From positions 768,868-832,867 of the forward strand of contig NMRA01000147.1 in assembly GCA_002633005.1 (NCBI GenBank): a stretch of 64,000 nt of DNA, read 5' to 3'. The stretch comes from Phoronis australis. Lineage: Eukaryota > Animalia > Phoronida. Position 1 is the stretch's first letter, and each line of letters starts with the position of its first letter. A model generated the notes under the pieces. It made no database searches. It was not told the origin of the DNA and was given only the letters and a program-made list of their open reading frames with translations. The position numbers were made by a program, and so were the translations under genes. Below are positions 14,201-25,230 of the stretch, piece by piece.

Positions 14201-17200
14201 GATGACAAGCTCTAAAATGTGAAGTGCTGCCAGTGTGACTATATGAATGACACTATGATATCTTGCAATTTGTCAACAGTTTACTATGGCCCATCTTCAT
14301 TAGAGAAGAAGTCGACACAGGCTTTTGACTGTGTTTGGCAAAATCTGCTGGATTTGGACTTGGTCTTCTGCTGTGCTTGGGGGACGCAGTCTTTGAAAGA
14401 GAGCCTATAGTAAAGATCACAGAGGGAGAGAGAAAGAGAGAGAGTTAGATAGATAGTGTGCTCGAACTAAGGCAGAAATTTGTGCACTTCTTTAATTTAG
14501 ATTTTGCAACTGGCTTATGGCTATACCTGGTGCAAAACATCACAGGTTATTTCATAAAAACAGACCTTTCGCCAAAGCAAGATGAGAAGCAAATGAATGT
14601 GGGTTTTTGTCGCACATCCCTTGGTGTCAATGTGCCAACCAGTTTCCTGCACAATGGAATTTGACTGAAGTTTGTAAGACCTCATGCCAGTTTTCCACTT
14701 GCAAAGCAGGGCGATTTCGTCCCATTTTTCGGCTGGGAATCCACAAGAAATGTTTTTTTAAAGAGTAAAAAAGTTTGAAATCGGCTGTTAATTTCAAATT
14801 AAGCAAATCAATATGCTTTTGGTTTTTGAAAGATGAAGCAAAACAAGTTCAAACATTTTTATACTTAATTCAAATACACTGCAGTGCATGTTCAAAACAC
14901 AAAAACAAGAAACAGGCATGTCTTGTTTTATGTCTTCACACAAAACTGACGGAGGATAACTATTAGGTATTTTACCCCTTAGCTTGTGCTTAAGTTAAGA
15001 CACAGTAACAAAGAATTATAACTGAACTTTGTGCAGTAATTAATAGTATCTCAGATTGTAGTGACTAACTACTATCACACTGTGAAGCAACCAAATCAAT
15101 TAGGAGAGTAAGTTTACCACAATTTATTTCTGATCCGCTGCCCTGTTGAATAGTTGAACTATTCAAACTTCCTGAACCGCCAGCTACAAGGCTACGCTGA
15201 TTTTTATGTTTCTTCTTTGATTTCTGCTTCATTTCTGTCAGACGTTTACAATATTTCCAACTGACACTGCCTCAGCACTGTTGCTACTGAATGTGAGTCT
15301 GATGTAACAGATGATGATGTCATACAATTAACTTTTTGTAGTTTGTAGACAGCTAAAACAATTTGACAGATGAACCATGACAAAGCACCGAACAAAGACA
15401 TGGATGCTTTTGTAAGCTTATCTTCTCAAATCTGATAAAATGCATTTTGGAATTTTTCTAAAGTTTATAAATTTACCAATTAAGGGGTTCAGCATGGTTT
15501 GCAAAAAAACTTCAAGCAGTCATTGTTTATAAAAAATTGGTCGATTATTATGAGTTTAAATAATAAAATCATTACTTAATTTCAGAAATCTTGACTTTGT
15601 GTTGAGTTTATGATATTATAGAGTTAACGGCACCTGACATCAAATTTCACATTGACAGCACACTATGAGACACATCATTCCAAATTCCATGACGACCTTT
15701 GAACTTCAAATGTAAACTCTGAGGCAGGCACAGAAAATGAAATTGCCATTAGGAAACCATAACAGTAGTTGGATTCATACATACAAAAATCAAGGTCAGC
15801 TATGCTCTCCTCACTAAAAACACATCTTTTAAATTTCGCACTCGTTATCTACCATTTACTTTGGTCCAAAATGATTTTCAGCTTAAACAGCAGTATATAG
15901 ACTTAATGCAAGACTGAGATCAATGTTAAGTATAAGCATTCTTACTTATGAAATATAATGAAATGGCCTCCATAGATAAATGAAAATGTCGAGGCAGGAA
16001 GGTCAGAACATACTTTCCTGGTAAGTTTTCAGCAACATATACTTTCAGGAAAAAATATTTAAGCAGAGTCTCATTATATTCTCCCAATTCAGGCACAAGT
16101 CCTGGATCGTGTCCATCCTTGTCAATACACTGGAGACATAGGAAGTATTTTGCAATCCAAAACAGGGACTCTGTGCCCAGCTGAATAAAGCAATCTCACG
16201 TAGGGACACAACTAAGTGTCTTCCCTAAATATTTTTGTGTATTTGTGTTGTTTGTCGCTCACAGATGAAATCTTTTTACTTAATCTGCATCTTCTGCTCC
16301 TCTTTGACTGAAGACATTTTCTAAATAGTGTAGAAAATTTCGTGATGACCGAGACTTGAACCCGGGTTGCACCAGCGACAGTCACGCATCTAAACCATTC
16401 GGCCAAGAGGCAATTGCCACTTGGCAAGCGGCTTAGAGAGGCTTTTATCTGAATGTATGTGTCATGACAACCGAAAGTCACGCTTCACAACACTACTCCC
16501 CCTTTTGCGGAACAGGCGCGCTCCCTGGTGTTTAGATCTCAGCAACAACCTAGCGTCCTGGAATTCGACCTCAACAACGCTCTCTTTTGTGTTCTGAATC
16601 CACCAGTACCAGGTCGCACCCTCTCCATCATGTAGAAAATTTCGTGATGGCCGAGACTTGAACCCGGGTTGCACGAGCGACAGTCACACATCTAAACCAT
16701 TTGGCCAAGAGGCAATTGCCACTTGGCAAGCGGCTTAGAGAGGCTTTATCTGACTGTACGTGTCGTGACAACCGGAAGTCACGCTTCACAACAATAGTAC
16801 AACTGAAACCCGAGCCCTTAGTTCACTGAAAATTAACAGGGTCATAGTCCTTAAATATAAGTGTTGCATGAAAAAGTCACAATTTATTTTGAATTCAGTG
16901 TGGAGTTTACTTCCAGGGTGCATCAAAGCAAAAAATAACACTTAGTAATGAAAATAAAACAGCATAAGAAAGGACAATCAGTGTTTGCTCAAGTCCACAA
17001 ATGCTGTGAAAAGTTAAGGAACGTAAAAGAGTCCCTATTTGGGACTGTTTCATGAAGTCGGGCACTGGACCCCATATACCTACAGCTGAAAATTCACAAG
17101 GTCTTGATTATTACACGTAAGATATCGTACAGAACAAATTATTCGATCCAATATCAATTCTTTGACACTATAATTTATACCATATTCCAAAAACATTTTA

Positions 17201-17643
17201 ACGATATTTGTGCTATAATTATTGCAGAAAAGTACAACCAGTCTGAGAGTGTAGGCGATTATATAAACAGGCTATGAGTGTTTGAATATTGTCCTTTTTG
17301 AGCATTCGCAAATTCATTTTGTATTGTTTACATTATGCAATAGTTGATGAGTTTCCAGGACACTTAAAGTCACCAAAAACTTGTGTGAAAAATCTGTAGC
17401 TAATGATCTGTATAAATCTAACATATGTATCATCTTTGATACCGATACTTCCTAAAATAATAAGAATTACCCGAGTTTCACCACAACAGTTGTCATGATA
17501 CAACATCATACCGATACCATCCAAACTGAACGACAGGTCTGCTTACCTAAGATTCTATTGTCGTCATCTCCACCATCATCTGTATGACCTTTGGCACTTG
17601 CCACTTTCTCCTTGTCTTTGCCCTTTTCAAATTTCTTACCCAT
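2266..17643 (-). CDS. LRRC71: Leucine-rich repeat-containing protein 71 ortholog, multi-exon, 3' part beyond the left edge of the window
   Basis: Ten GT-AG exons join in consistent phase: 17643-17547, 11032-10823, 9876-9675, 9178-9104, 8538-8467, 7267-7108, 6152-5973, 3790-3677, 2847-2778, 2283-2266. Translated motifs (CSGHFNNDFTELCRR, YFKPTVQVE..EIFVRGW, GLRMNRTLLSLSLASNKIGD, LTHEEVVERRRL) match LRRC71 as I recall it. Confidence 0.9.
2778..2847 (-). CDS. LRRC71: LRRC71 lysine-rich linker exon (GEKEEKQDKTKGKGAKEDKTLKK)
   Basis: ccaatag acceptor, G|gtaagt donor, phase 0-1. Confidence 0.8.
3677..3790 (-). CDS. LRRC71: LRRC71 K/S/R-rich linker exon (PPPSRRADSKDRPGSVRSSS...KMKK)
   Basis: ttcactag acceptor, AAG|gtgagt donor, 114 nt, phase 0-0. 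Confidence 0.85.
4800..4998 (+). repeat. Short copy of the CCACTAGGGGGC repeat family
   Basis: aaaattgccactagggggcaaagcggtag...cataatgtatacgtggctgcataa. Confidence 0.55.
5973..6152 (-). CDS. LRRC71: LRRC71 LRR exon (GLRMNRTLLSLSLASNKIGD...LTHEEVVERRRL...RSKS)
   Basis: tttttag acceptor, gtaact donor, 180 nt; overlaps ORF 5838-6143. Confidence 0.92.
7108..7267 (-). CDS. LRRC71: LRRC71 LRR exon (LQSLSLRYCGLTDAGA...LLSLNLTGNKIGDAGATSIAK)
   Basis: ttttctag acceptor, AAG|gtactt donor, RI-like LRRs. Confidence 0.92.
8361..8440. repeat. Exact 40-bp tandem duplication
   Basis: gatactgcaaagcttaaaacatggaacaaaatcctggaat x2. Confidence 0.95.
8467..8538 (-). CDS. LRRC71: LRRC71 LRR exon (NLCLDGNNLVKEENFDVLLTEES)
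   Basis: cttttcag acceptor, gtgagt donor, 72 nt, LxLxxN motif. Confidence 0.9.
8572..8759. repeat. Intronic inverted repeat (about 89-bp arms, 10-nt loop)
   Basis: 8572-8660 is the near-perfect reverse complement of 8671-8759. Confidence 0.9.
9104..9178 (-). CDS. LRRC71: LRRC71 LRR exon (LWSAGLTSETVKLLGSFLHQCANV)
   Basis: ccttgcag acceptor, gtaagt donor, 75 nt, phase 2-2. Confidence 0.9.
9675..9876 (-). CDS. LRRC71: LRRC71 exon (EPVEPPPKTYVMKEKFEYFKPTVQVE...EIFVRGWRVDE...)
   Basis: ctttccag acceptor, gtgagt donor, conserved motif. Confidence 0.9.
10823..11032 (-). CDS. LRRC71: LRRC71 exon (EPHVCSGHFNNDFTELCRR...ELTEGG)
   Basis: ttccacag acceptor, gtgagt donor, 210 nt, phase 1-1. Confidence 0.9.
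12560..13490 (+). repeat. Dispersed repeat shared with about 36520-37450 (DNA-transposon-like)
   Basis: Colinear similar blocks, e.g. gaaattcaccgagccgttttcgagaa / gaaatccaccaagccggtttcgagaa, ttgacctattaa / ttgacctacttaa, ctcaggatcaaaa. Boundaries approximate. Confidence 0.6.
14285..14404 (-). CDS. Candidate 120-nt cassette exon of LRRC71 (GSLSKTASPKHSRRPSPNPADFAKHSQKPVSTSSLMKMGH)
   Basis: Long pyrimidine tract plus ...ttactatag acceptor, A|gtaaac donor, symmetric phase 1-1, open in the LRRC71 frame. Confidence 0.45.
15118..15232 (-). CDS. Candidate alternative first coding exon of LRRC71 (MKQKSKKKHKNQRSLVAGGSGSLNSSTIQQGSGSEINC)
   Basis: AAA-ATG start, open 38 codons, phase-1 donor G|gtaaac, in frame with exons 14404 and 11032. 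No homology evidence. Confidence 0.4.
16329..16793 (-). mobile_element. Miniature non-autonomous LTR retrotransposon (TRIM) with tRNA-like LTRs, Helenus-type
   Basis: Direct repeats 16329-16492 and 16631-16793 read TGTTG...CTACA on the minus strand. The 138-bp internal part starts with PBS-like TGATGGAGAGG and ends with PPT AAAAGGGGGAGTAG. TSD ATAG on both sides. LTRs carry A-box TGGCCGAATGG and B-box GGTTCAAGTC. Confidence 0.85.
17547..17643 (-). CDS. LRRC71: LRRC71 first coding exon (MGKKFEKGKDKEKVASAKGHTDDGGDDDNRIL)
   Basis: AAG-ATG-G start, upstream acceptor gatttcag at about 17663, phase-1 donor G|gtaagc compatible with exon 11032. Confidence 0.75.
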
Positions 17644-18933
17644 CTTTACTTTCTTAACAAAACTGAAATCATAATTAATTCATCAAATAAAGTGACAAAT
17701 GTCAAAATAATGACGATATTTGCATTTAACAAGTTAAATTTAATGGTGTACCTCCATGCAAAGTAGATTACGATAAATTCATCAATTATCATAGAGCCGC
17801 ACACCATCATCTTTAAAATCTTTGACTTTTGTCTGGAATACATTTGAAGGCTTTATATTCTGGATATGACAGGATGATCAGTCTATTTAGTAAGTTCTGT
17901 ACAATATGGCATACAGCGTAATTATCACTTAACAGGGTCCCACATTAGGAGAACCAGTTTTCTCCAGTGAAAAACATTAGCATCAAGCTATAGTTCTCCA
18001 AATGAGGGACACTTGCAAGTGACTATGGTATGAACCAAATGAAATTCACTAGTTCCTTTTATGGAAAGAATGGCAACATTGCTGAAAACTTGACATATTA
18101 CAAACCACTCATGTTTAGTGATTATTCCAAACAAAAGCAAGTTTTAAAAATGTTATGAATCTAGCTATCTCTGGAATCCTCAGCCATTTCTTTTTACAAG
18201 TTAAAATATATCAAAAAGTCAATCAGAAAATAGTAACCTGCACATTAAATAAGATTTGACAAAACACCACCACAACTGGAATTCCTTAACATGTGTTTTA
18301 TCATATACAAATCACATACAGGTCAACTGACCTCAAGTTCTGTGTCTTGAAGAACAATCAACAGGGTTGTTGAAAACAGGAGGGGGAAATTGGGGCAAGT
18401 GATGATGACAAGGGAGTTGCAGCAACTAACGGGAAGATAAAGCCTATCCATATTTCTTACAGCTACGGGCCAGGTGCAATTCGCTGTAGACCATTATAGG
18501 ATATTTGAATTTGATGTGACATGGATCATTGAAGACGGGATTTTTGTATAACGTCAATTCTGTTAAATAGATGAAACTGGTTTTCATCAGGGACCACTAT
18601 TAAAGTAAGCAGTTGAGAATCTCACGCCAGTGGCTAGACAATTACCACCATATATATATATATATCTATGTGCCCCGAACCAGAGACGGTGAAGCTACTA
18701 TAGGCGCCTCATGTACTGGAAGCTTGTCGGTGAATTAAGCCTGAGTTCACACTGATTAAAACGTCATAAGTCACATTGTTATTAGTACCTTTAGCACATA
18801 GAAGGATGCCTTTGGAGGCCGCCGATGTTTTTAATTCCTTCCAACTATTCCCGTAATCAAACTTTTTCTTCGAGCAGTCCTTCGTTCAGACTTGCCCAAA
18901 TCGGCAACTGGCCATTTTTAACACTGCACACGC

Positions 18934-19330
18934 AAGTCAAGTCAAGTCAAGTAAATTCCATTTGTTATATTATTAAAGTAAAAGAAGAGAAAACATTAGT
19001 CACAGACTAGTATAAATACATAAGTTACAAAATAAATAAATATGAATTAAAAAGATTAAAATACTTAAAAATTAGCACCATAGGCATAGCATAGGAGTCC
19101 GAAGTCCACCTGGCGAGCGCAGGTGTCCCTCCATGCGCAAAATGTACTTAAAGGAACATAAATTTGATGTTTTAGTGAGTGTTTGACATAATTTGTACCG
19201 CTGCCAGACTACATACACGAGGAGTGAGGCCCACTCATAGTACACTGCACAGTGACACAGCCACAGCGGCACAGGGTGAACTCGCACTCACTCAGTCGAG
19301 TTCCTGGCCTGTGATGTTCATCGGCTGGGT
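18934..19330 (-). mobile_element. Probable 5'-truncated, decayed LINE (L2/CR1-group) 3' end
   Basis: (TTGAC)n-type tail at 18934-18951 and a degenerate C-terminal RT-like peptide (..QTLTKTSNLCSFKYILR) in ORF 19072-19287. Confidence 0.35.
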
Positions 19331-19701
19331 TAGAAAATTTGTGACAGGTGCGCATTTAATAAAGATGACAGTTCCTTAACTAAAAACAAACTCCGTTTGA
19401 AAACTTGCTTCGCTTCAGTTAAGATAAAATTACCTTTATTTCCAACTGAACCGACAGCGCAGTCCCTGAAAGGTTTACATTGACGTTTCACATACTTTCG
19501 CTGCTAACTCCGCATTCAAATAATGCGAAGTAAACAAGGGCAATTTACCCTCTTTAAAGCTCGTAAAGGTAAAAAAATACATCTTTATCACGTAATAAAA
19601 CATTTCAAATGCTTATTTTTTATGTTTATAAGCTACAATTTATGCATTTCAGGAAATATTTTCTTTCTTTGAAAATCAATATTGCTACGCGAGATCTCAA
19701 A

Positions 19702-19714
19702 GTTGTGTAGCAAC
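19702..19714. promoter_or_regulatory. RFX X-box-like motif in the putative LRRC71 promoter
   Basis: GTTGTGTAGCAAC resembles the X-box palindrome (GTTNCCATRGCAAC). A forkhead-type GTAAACAA lies at 19530-19537 and a minus-strand donor (ag|gtaatt, about 19433) could end a non-coding first exon. Confidence 0.5.
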
Positions 19715-19885
19715 GGCATGCGCAATGTCGACTTTCCGCAAAGAAGTAAGTTACATTACAGTCAAAAGGGAGCGCCCTTGTTCTATTGACATCCGCTAGC
19801 ACTAAGAGGCACTGAACAGTTCTTACAGGGCTTTTGCCTATCAGAACACACGTAAATGGACTCTTCACCCTTTCTTCACTCTGTC

Positions 19886-22800
19886 AAAAACTGCATGCAA
19901 ATTAAGAAAAGTTTTGAGTCATTTCACATCACAAGCCCTTCAGATGAGCACAGAAACTTTGTACTCTCTTGTATTTTTGACCCTTTCACTCCCCGGCAGT
20001 GGAAACCATCTATACAATTCAGTAGAAAAATAAGAGCAAAAATGCAAAATGGGCACTTTTCACCCCAAAATCACCACTTCCCTGCCGATGCTCGACTAAA
20101 GCCAACATTAGATTCCGAGGCCGATTCCAAAAATGTGGTCCAAAAGTGCTGTCAGACAACTAGTTTTTTGAAAATCGGGCTTGTTTGAGGGCTAACTGAA
20201 ATCGCGGACAATTTCTCAGTTGCCGCTACACAGCAATGCACAATTGCAACAGGGGGCCACCATCTTGAAGAAGAGTGCAGCTACAGCCGAGAAAGTGGCC
20301 TTTTTTCATTCTCAGCATGTTCACAAATACAAACAAACCACATTCACTGAGCCTACATGCAATGCCTACCTACAAAATGCCCCCGGCCCAAACTTGGCCT
20401 ACCCCAAAATTTTAATATTTTAGCAATCCAAATTGGCCCTTTTGCAGGGTAGATTTTCTGCCTCACCTCCAATGCAGTGGGCCTTTTGCATGCAGGGACG
20501 AAGGCCGGCGACGCGGCACGGCGCGGGGCGGAGTCCTGCAAAACTTGTTGAAAAAGTACCGCCTATCCGTAATTCGGCCACGGCGCCAGTGAGCATCTTG
20601 TCAATGTAAGTGACCCCCGGGAGCTTACGATCGGCGGGTTGATTATGTCTATCCGCTCCGGGTCTCTGAATGAATTCTGGAATCGGATGGCATCGTTCCA
20701 GCTGCTGTCATCAATTGGTTTAGAAAAGACTTCCCCACTCAAGACTAATCTTGTGCTCTTTATATCGTGTCACTTTCGATGTTAATTGCCAACACTGGAG
20801 CATTAGATCCCGGGGCACTACTACCTCAGTCCCCGTGGCCCGCCCTAAATTTTCGTGATGCCTGCTGGATCGGTCAGAATCTGGAGCAGGCCTATAGATT
20901 TTCTGGCCTTATGCAACTGCGGTCTTAGAAACTGACGAAGCCGGTTTCACAAACCACCGGAAGAGTTGATCTCATCATATACAAACTAATCCTCCTAGAT
21001 GATGAGGAACGCGTAAGGCTAATTTCAAGCTCTCAAAGTTCGTCAATTTTGGTATTACGTTATCGTGTAATTATAACGAGTTGGCTACCCAACTCCACTC
21101 AGTGATATACGAAACTCTTGTGATATATAACCGCCGGTATAGAACGGTGGCCGTCACCGGTTGTGCTAAAACTTACCGTGGATATGAGTCGATTGGGCGT
21201 TTTATCAAGTCAGTAAATTTATCTGTTTCGGCACGACAGCACATACACAACATGATGTCTATGCTACGAAACACCACGGAAAGTAGGCGCTGCGGTTAAT
21301 TGACCGGCGGGCCGGGGCCCATGGCTCCCCGTTTTACTGTCACAATCAAAATCTGCCGTTTTATGGTTTAGGCGGATATTTCCCTCATATGAACAACGAT
21401 GCCCCCCGCCCGAAGACAAGATCTCGGAAGCAGTGTTCTAAAACGAAATCTTCGTATTTGAACCTTCATAGGCGACAGCCTGTCAACAATAATGCGTACC
21501 TACGACAACACTAAATTAATCTATTAAAAGTTCTCAATTTGAATTAATCCGATCGCTCATACATAATGTATCACACCAGCCCCTTCTTCTATGATTTTAA
21601 TCAATGTAGAATACTTCTCCTGTTGACAGTTAACAATTAGCACTGGTGAGATTTACNAAAAACTGCATGCAAATAAAGAAAAGTTTTGAGTCATTTCACA
21701 TCACAAGCCCTTCAGATGAGCACAGAAACTTTGTACTCTCTTGTATTTTTTACCCTTTCACTCCCAGTGGAAACCATGCAATTAGAAAAATAAGGGCAAA
21801 AATGCAAAATGGGCACTTTTCACCCCAAAATCACCACTTCCCTGCCGATGCTCGACTAAAGCCAACATTAGGTTCCGAAATCAAATTTCCTACCGATTCC
21901 AAAAATGTGGTCCAAAAGTGCTGTCAGCCAATAATATAGTTTTTTTGAAAATCGGGCTTGTTTGAGGGCTACCTGAAATCGCGGACAATTTCTCAGTTGC
22001 CGCTACACAGCAATGCACAATTGCAACAGGGGGGCCACCATCTTGAAGAAGAGTGCAGCTACAGCCGAGAAAGTGGCCTTTTTTCATTCTCAGCATGTTC
22101 ACAAATACAAACAAACCACATTCACTGAGCCTACATGGCAATGCCTACTGTGACCTACAAAATGCCCCCGGCCCAAACTTGGCCTACCCCAAAATTTTAA
22201 TATTTTAGCAATGCAAATTGGCCCTTTTGCAGGGTACATTTTCTGCCTCACCTCCAATGCAGAGGGCCTTTTGCATGCAGGGACGAAGGCCGGCGACTGG
22301 GACGCGGCACGGCGCGGACGGAGTCCTGCAAAACTTGTTGAAAAAGTACCGCCTATCCGTAATTACTTTCGGCCACGGCGCCAGTGAGCATCTTGTCAAT
22401 GTAAGTGACCTCCGGGAGCTTACGATCGGCGGGTTGATTAAAGTATGTCTATCCGCTCCGGGTCTCTGAATGAATTCTGGAATCGGATGGCATCATTCCA
22501 GCTGCTGTCATCAATTGGTTTTTCAACACCGTAGAAAAGACTTTCCCACTAATCTTGTGCTCTTTATATCGTGTCACTTTCGATGTTAATTGCCAACACT
22601 GGAGCACTGGATCCCGGGGCACTACTACCTCAGTCCCCGTGGCCCGCCCTAAATTTTCGTGATGCCTGCTGGATCGGTCAGAATCTGGAGCAGGCCTATA
22701 GATTTTCTGGCCTTATGCAACTGCGGTCTTAGAAACTGACGAAGCCGGTTTCACAAGCCACCGGAGGAGTTGATCTCATCATATACAAACTAATCCTCCT

Positions 22801-23458
22801 AGATGATGAGGAACGCGTAAGGCTAATTTCAAGCTCTCAAAGTTCGTCAATTTTGGTATTACGTTATCGTGTAATTATAACGAGTTAGCTACCCAACTCC
22901 ACTCAGTGATATACGAAACTCTCATAACCGCCGGTATAGAACGGTGGCCGTCACCGGTTGTGCTAAAACTTACCGTGGATATGAGTCGATTGGGCGTTTT
23001 ATCAAAAGTCAGTAAATTTATCTGTTTCGGCACGACAGCACATACACAACATGATGTCTATGCTACGAAACACCACGGAAAGTAGGCGCTGCGGGTAATT
23101 GACCGGCGGGCCGGGGCCCATGGCTCCCAGTTTTACTGTAACAACCAAAAACTGCCGTTTTATGGTTTAGGCGGACATTTCCCTCATATGAACAACGATG
23201 CCCCCCCTCCCGAAGACAAGATCTCGGAAGCAGTGTTCTAAAACGAAATCTTCGTATTTGAACCTTCATAGGCGACAGCCTCCATCAACAATAATGCGTA
23301 CCTACGACAACACTAAATTAATCTATTAAAAGTTCTCAATTTGAATTAATCCGATCGCTCATACATAATGTATCACACCAGCCCCTTCTTCTATGATTTT
23401 AATCAATGTAGAATACTTCTCCTGTTGACAGTTAACAATTAGCACTGGTGAGATTTAC
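19886..23458. repeat. About 1.8-kb tandem duplication across a single 'n' (likely haplotype/assembly overlap)
   Basis: 19886-21656 matches 21658-23458 with scattered SNPs and indels; n at 21657. Confidence 0.9.
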
Positions 23459-24355
23459 GGAAATAGTCATGGTCCATAGAGATTAATATTAACTCGGTAG
23501 GGCGTGAATTGTACGGTACGTATATAGCTATAAGCTATTGAGCTTGGTCAATTGCAGTGCTCACTAACGCCATTTAGAATGTTTGACAAAAACTTGACTT
23601 TCATATGTATGTTTACAAGCAAATCAAGGACATCAACATGGTGATATAACTTGGGAAACCATTTCCATTTGCGCATGAACAAAAAAAAATGTCACAACAG
23701 TCTCAGTATTTGACGCCCACAGACAATCGTGCAAAGGTCGTCGGATCAAAGCTCCACAGCGTATACCATTTCGAGAATATAGGTGCTCTCATGAGGCTTG
23801 TTTCATTGAATGTCATAACCTTAGGATGTTTTTTTTTTTACTCAGAGTCAAAACGGAGACGAAATCATGCAGTCGGCCATAAATACGACTGAAAGCAAAT
23901 AAAAGTCTCCGTTTAGACGGAAAAGTTGCGACAATTTAGAGAAACATGTCCCTATAAATTTTACATTACACCTTACACCTCAGGGATCAAATTTAGAACA
24001 ACAAAGTAGACAAACATGCGAGGTTGCTAGCACTGGCTCGTACGGGAAGTGTAGAAATTGTACAGCAGGCAAGATACTCACACCACGACATCAACATGCT
24101 GTCTAACACTGACTACCCCGGCAAATATCACAATTAAACAAAACTGGTTGTTTTTCTGATTCCGCAAAAGGGTCAGTATTTAAGAGTACGAAGACGCTAT
24201 TCAAGGTTTATAGTGGACCTACAGGTGTATAACTCAGTAAGGTTACCTGTATTTACGAAGGGGAGATATTGACTATAACAAGCCATTACAAGACAAAAGA
24301 ACGAAGACGAAATTCTTCGACTGAAGAATATGCAAACTAAGCTGGGGGGGGGGGG

Positions 24356-25230
24356 GCTGTTTCTCGGAGAGTATATAGCCAAAAGTTGATTTTTCAGTTG
24401 TCCCTGGTTTTGCGCCTGCTCCCGAGTTGGCTACACATTTCTGAATCTTATGTTCAAGTTATAGACAGACTTTCTTACTTTTAGTATTTGTCTGATTTCG
24501 TGACATCCGTACACTGAATTTTAGCCAAAAGACAACTCTCTTCGAGAAATAGCCCCCAGCCAGTCGTTCGCTTATAAATTCGTTTTGCTGATTTCTACAT
24601 TTTTTGTCTTCAATTAAATCACACACGTGTGTGAAAACTAGAAAAAGGTTAAATTGACACATCTTTGGGGTGTGGAATTATATAGTTTACCCTTCTCTTC
24701 CTCTCAGCACGCGACGAAACTGTATGGCCACGTCGACCAGCTCATTATTCAGAAGGTTCGCCGGGCTTGGAGTCCTTGGAGCGCCGACCCGGNGCTGTTT
24801 CTCGGAGAGTATATAGCCAAAAGTTGATTTTTCAGTTGTCCCTGGTTTTGCGCCTGCTCCCGAGTTGGCTACACATTTCTGAATCTTGTGTTCAAGTTAT
24901 AGACAGACTTTCTTACTTTTAGTATTTGTCTGATTTCGTGACATCCGTACACTGAATTTTAGCCAAAAGACAACTCTCTTCGAGAAATAGCCCCCAGCCA
25001 GTCGTTCGCTTATAAATTCGTTTTGCTGATGTCTACATTTTTTGTCTTCAATTAAATCACACACGTGTGTGAAAACTAGAAAAAGGTTAAACTGACTCAT
25101 CTTTGGGGTGTGGAATTATATAGTTTACCCTTCTCTTCCTCTCAGTACGCGACGAAACTGTATGGCCACGTCGACCAGCTCATTATTCAGAAGGTTCGCC
25201 GGGCTTGGAGTCCTTGGAGCGCCGACCCGG
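24356..25230. repeat. 437-bp tandem duplication across a single 'n'
   Basis: 24356-24792 matches 24794-25230; n at 24793. Confidence 0.9.

Noticed and set aside
14527-14732. Additional LRRC71 exon (AEKWDEIALLCKW..)
   Set aside because: Open with AG/GT ends, but exits in phase 0 and causes a stop in the next candidate exon; likely chance.
16340-16412. Functional tRNA gene or tandem SINEs
   Set aside because: The acceptor stem is not intact, and the units are bounded as LTRs with PBS, PPT and TSD.
19856-23269. Duplicated ORFs in the 1.8-kb repeat as a gene duplication
   Set aside because: Frames are not conserved between copies and the junction is an assembly n.
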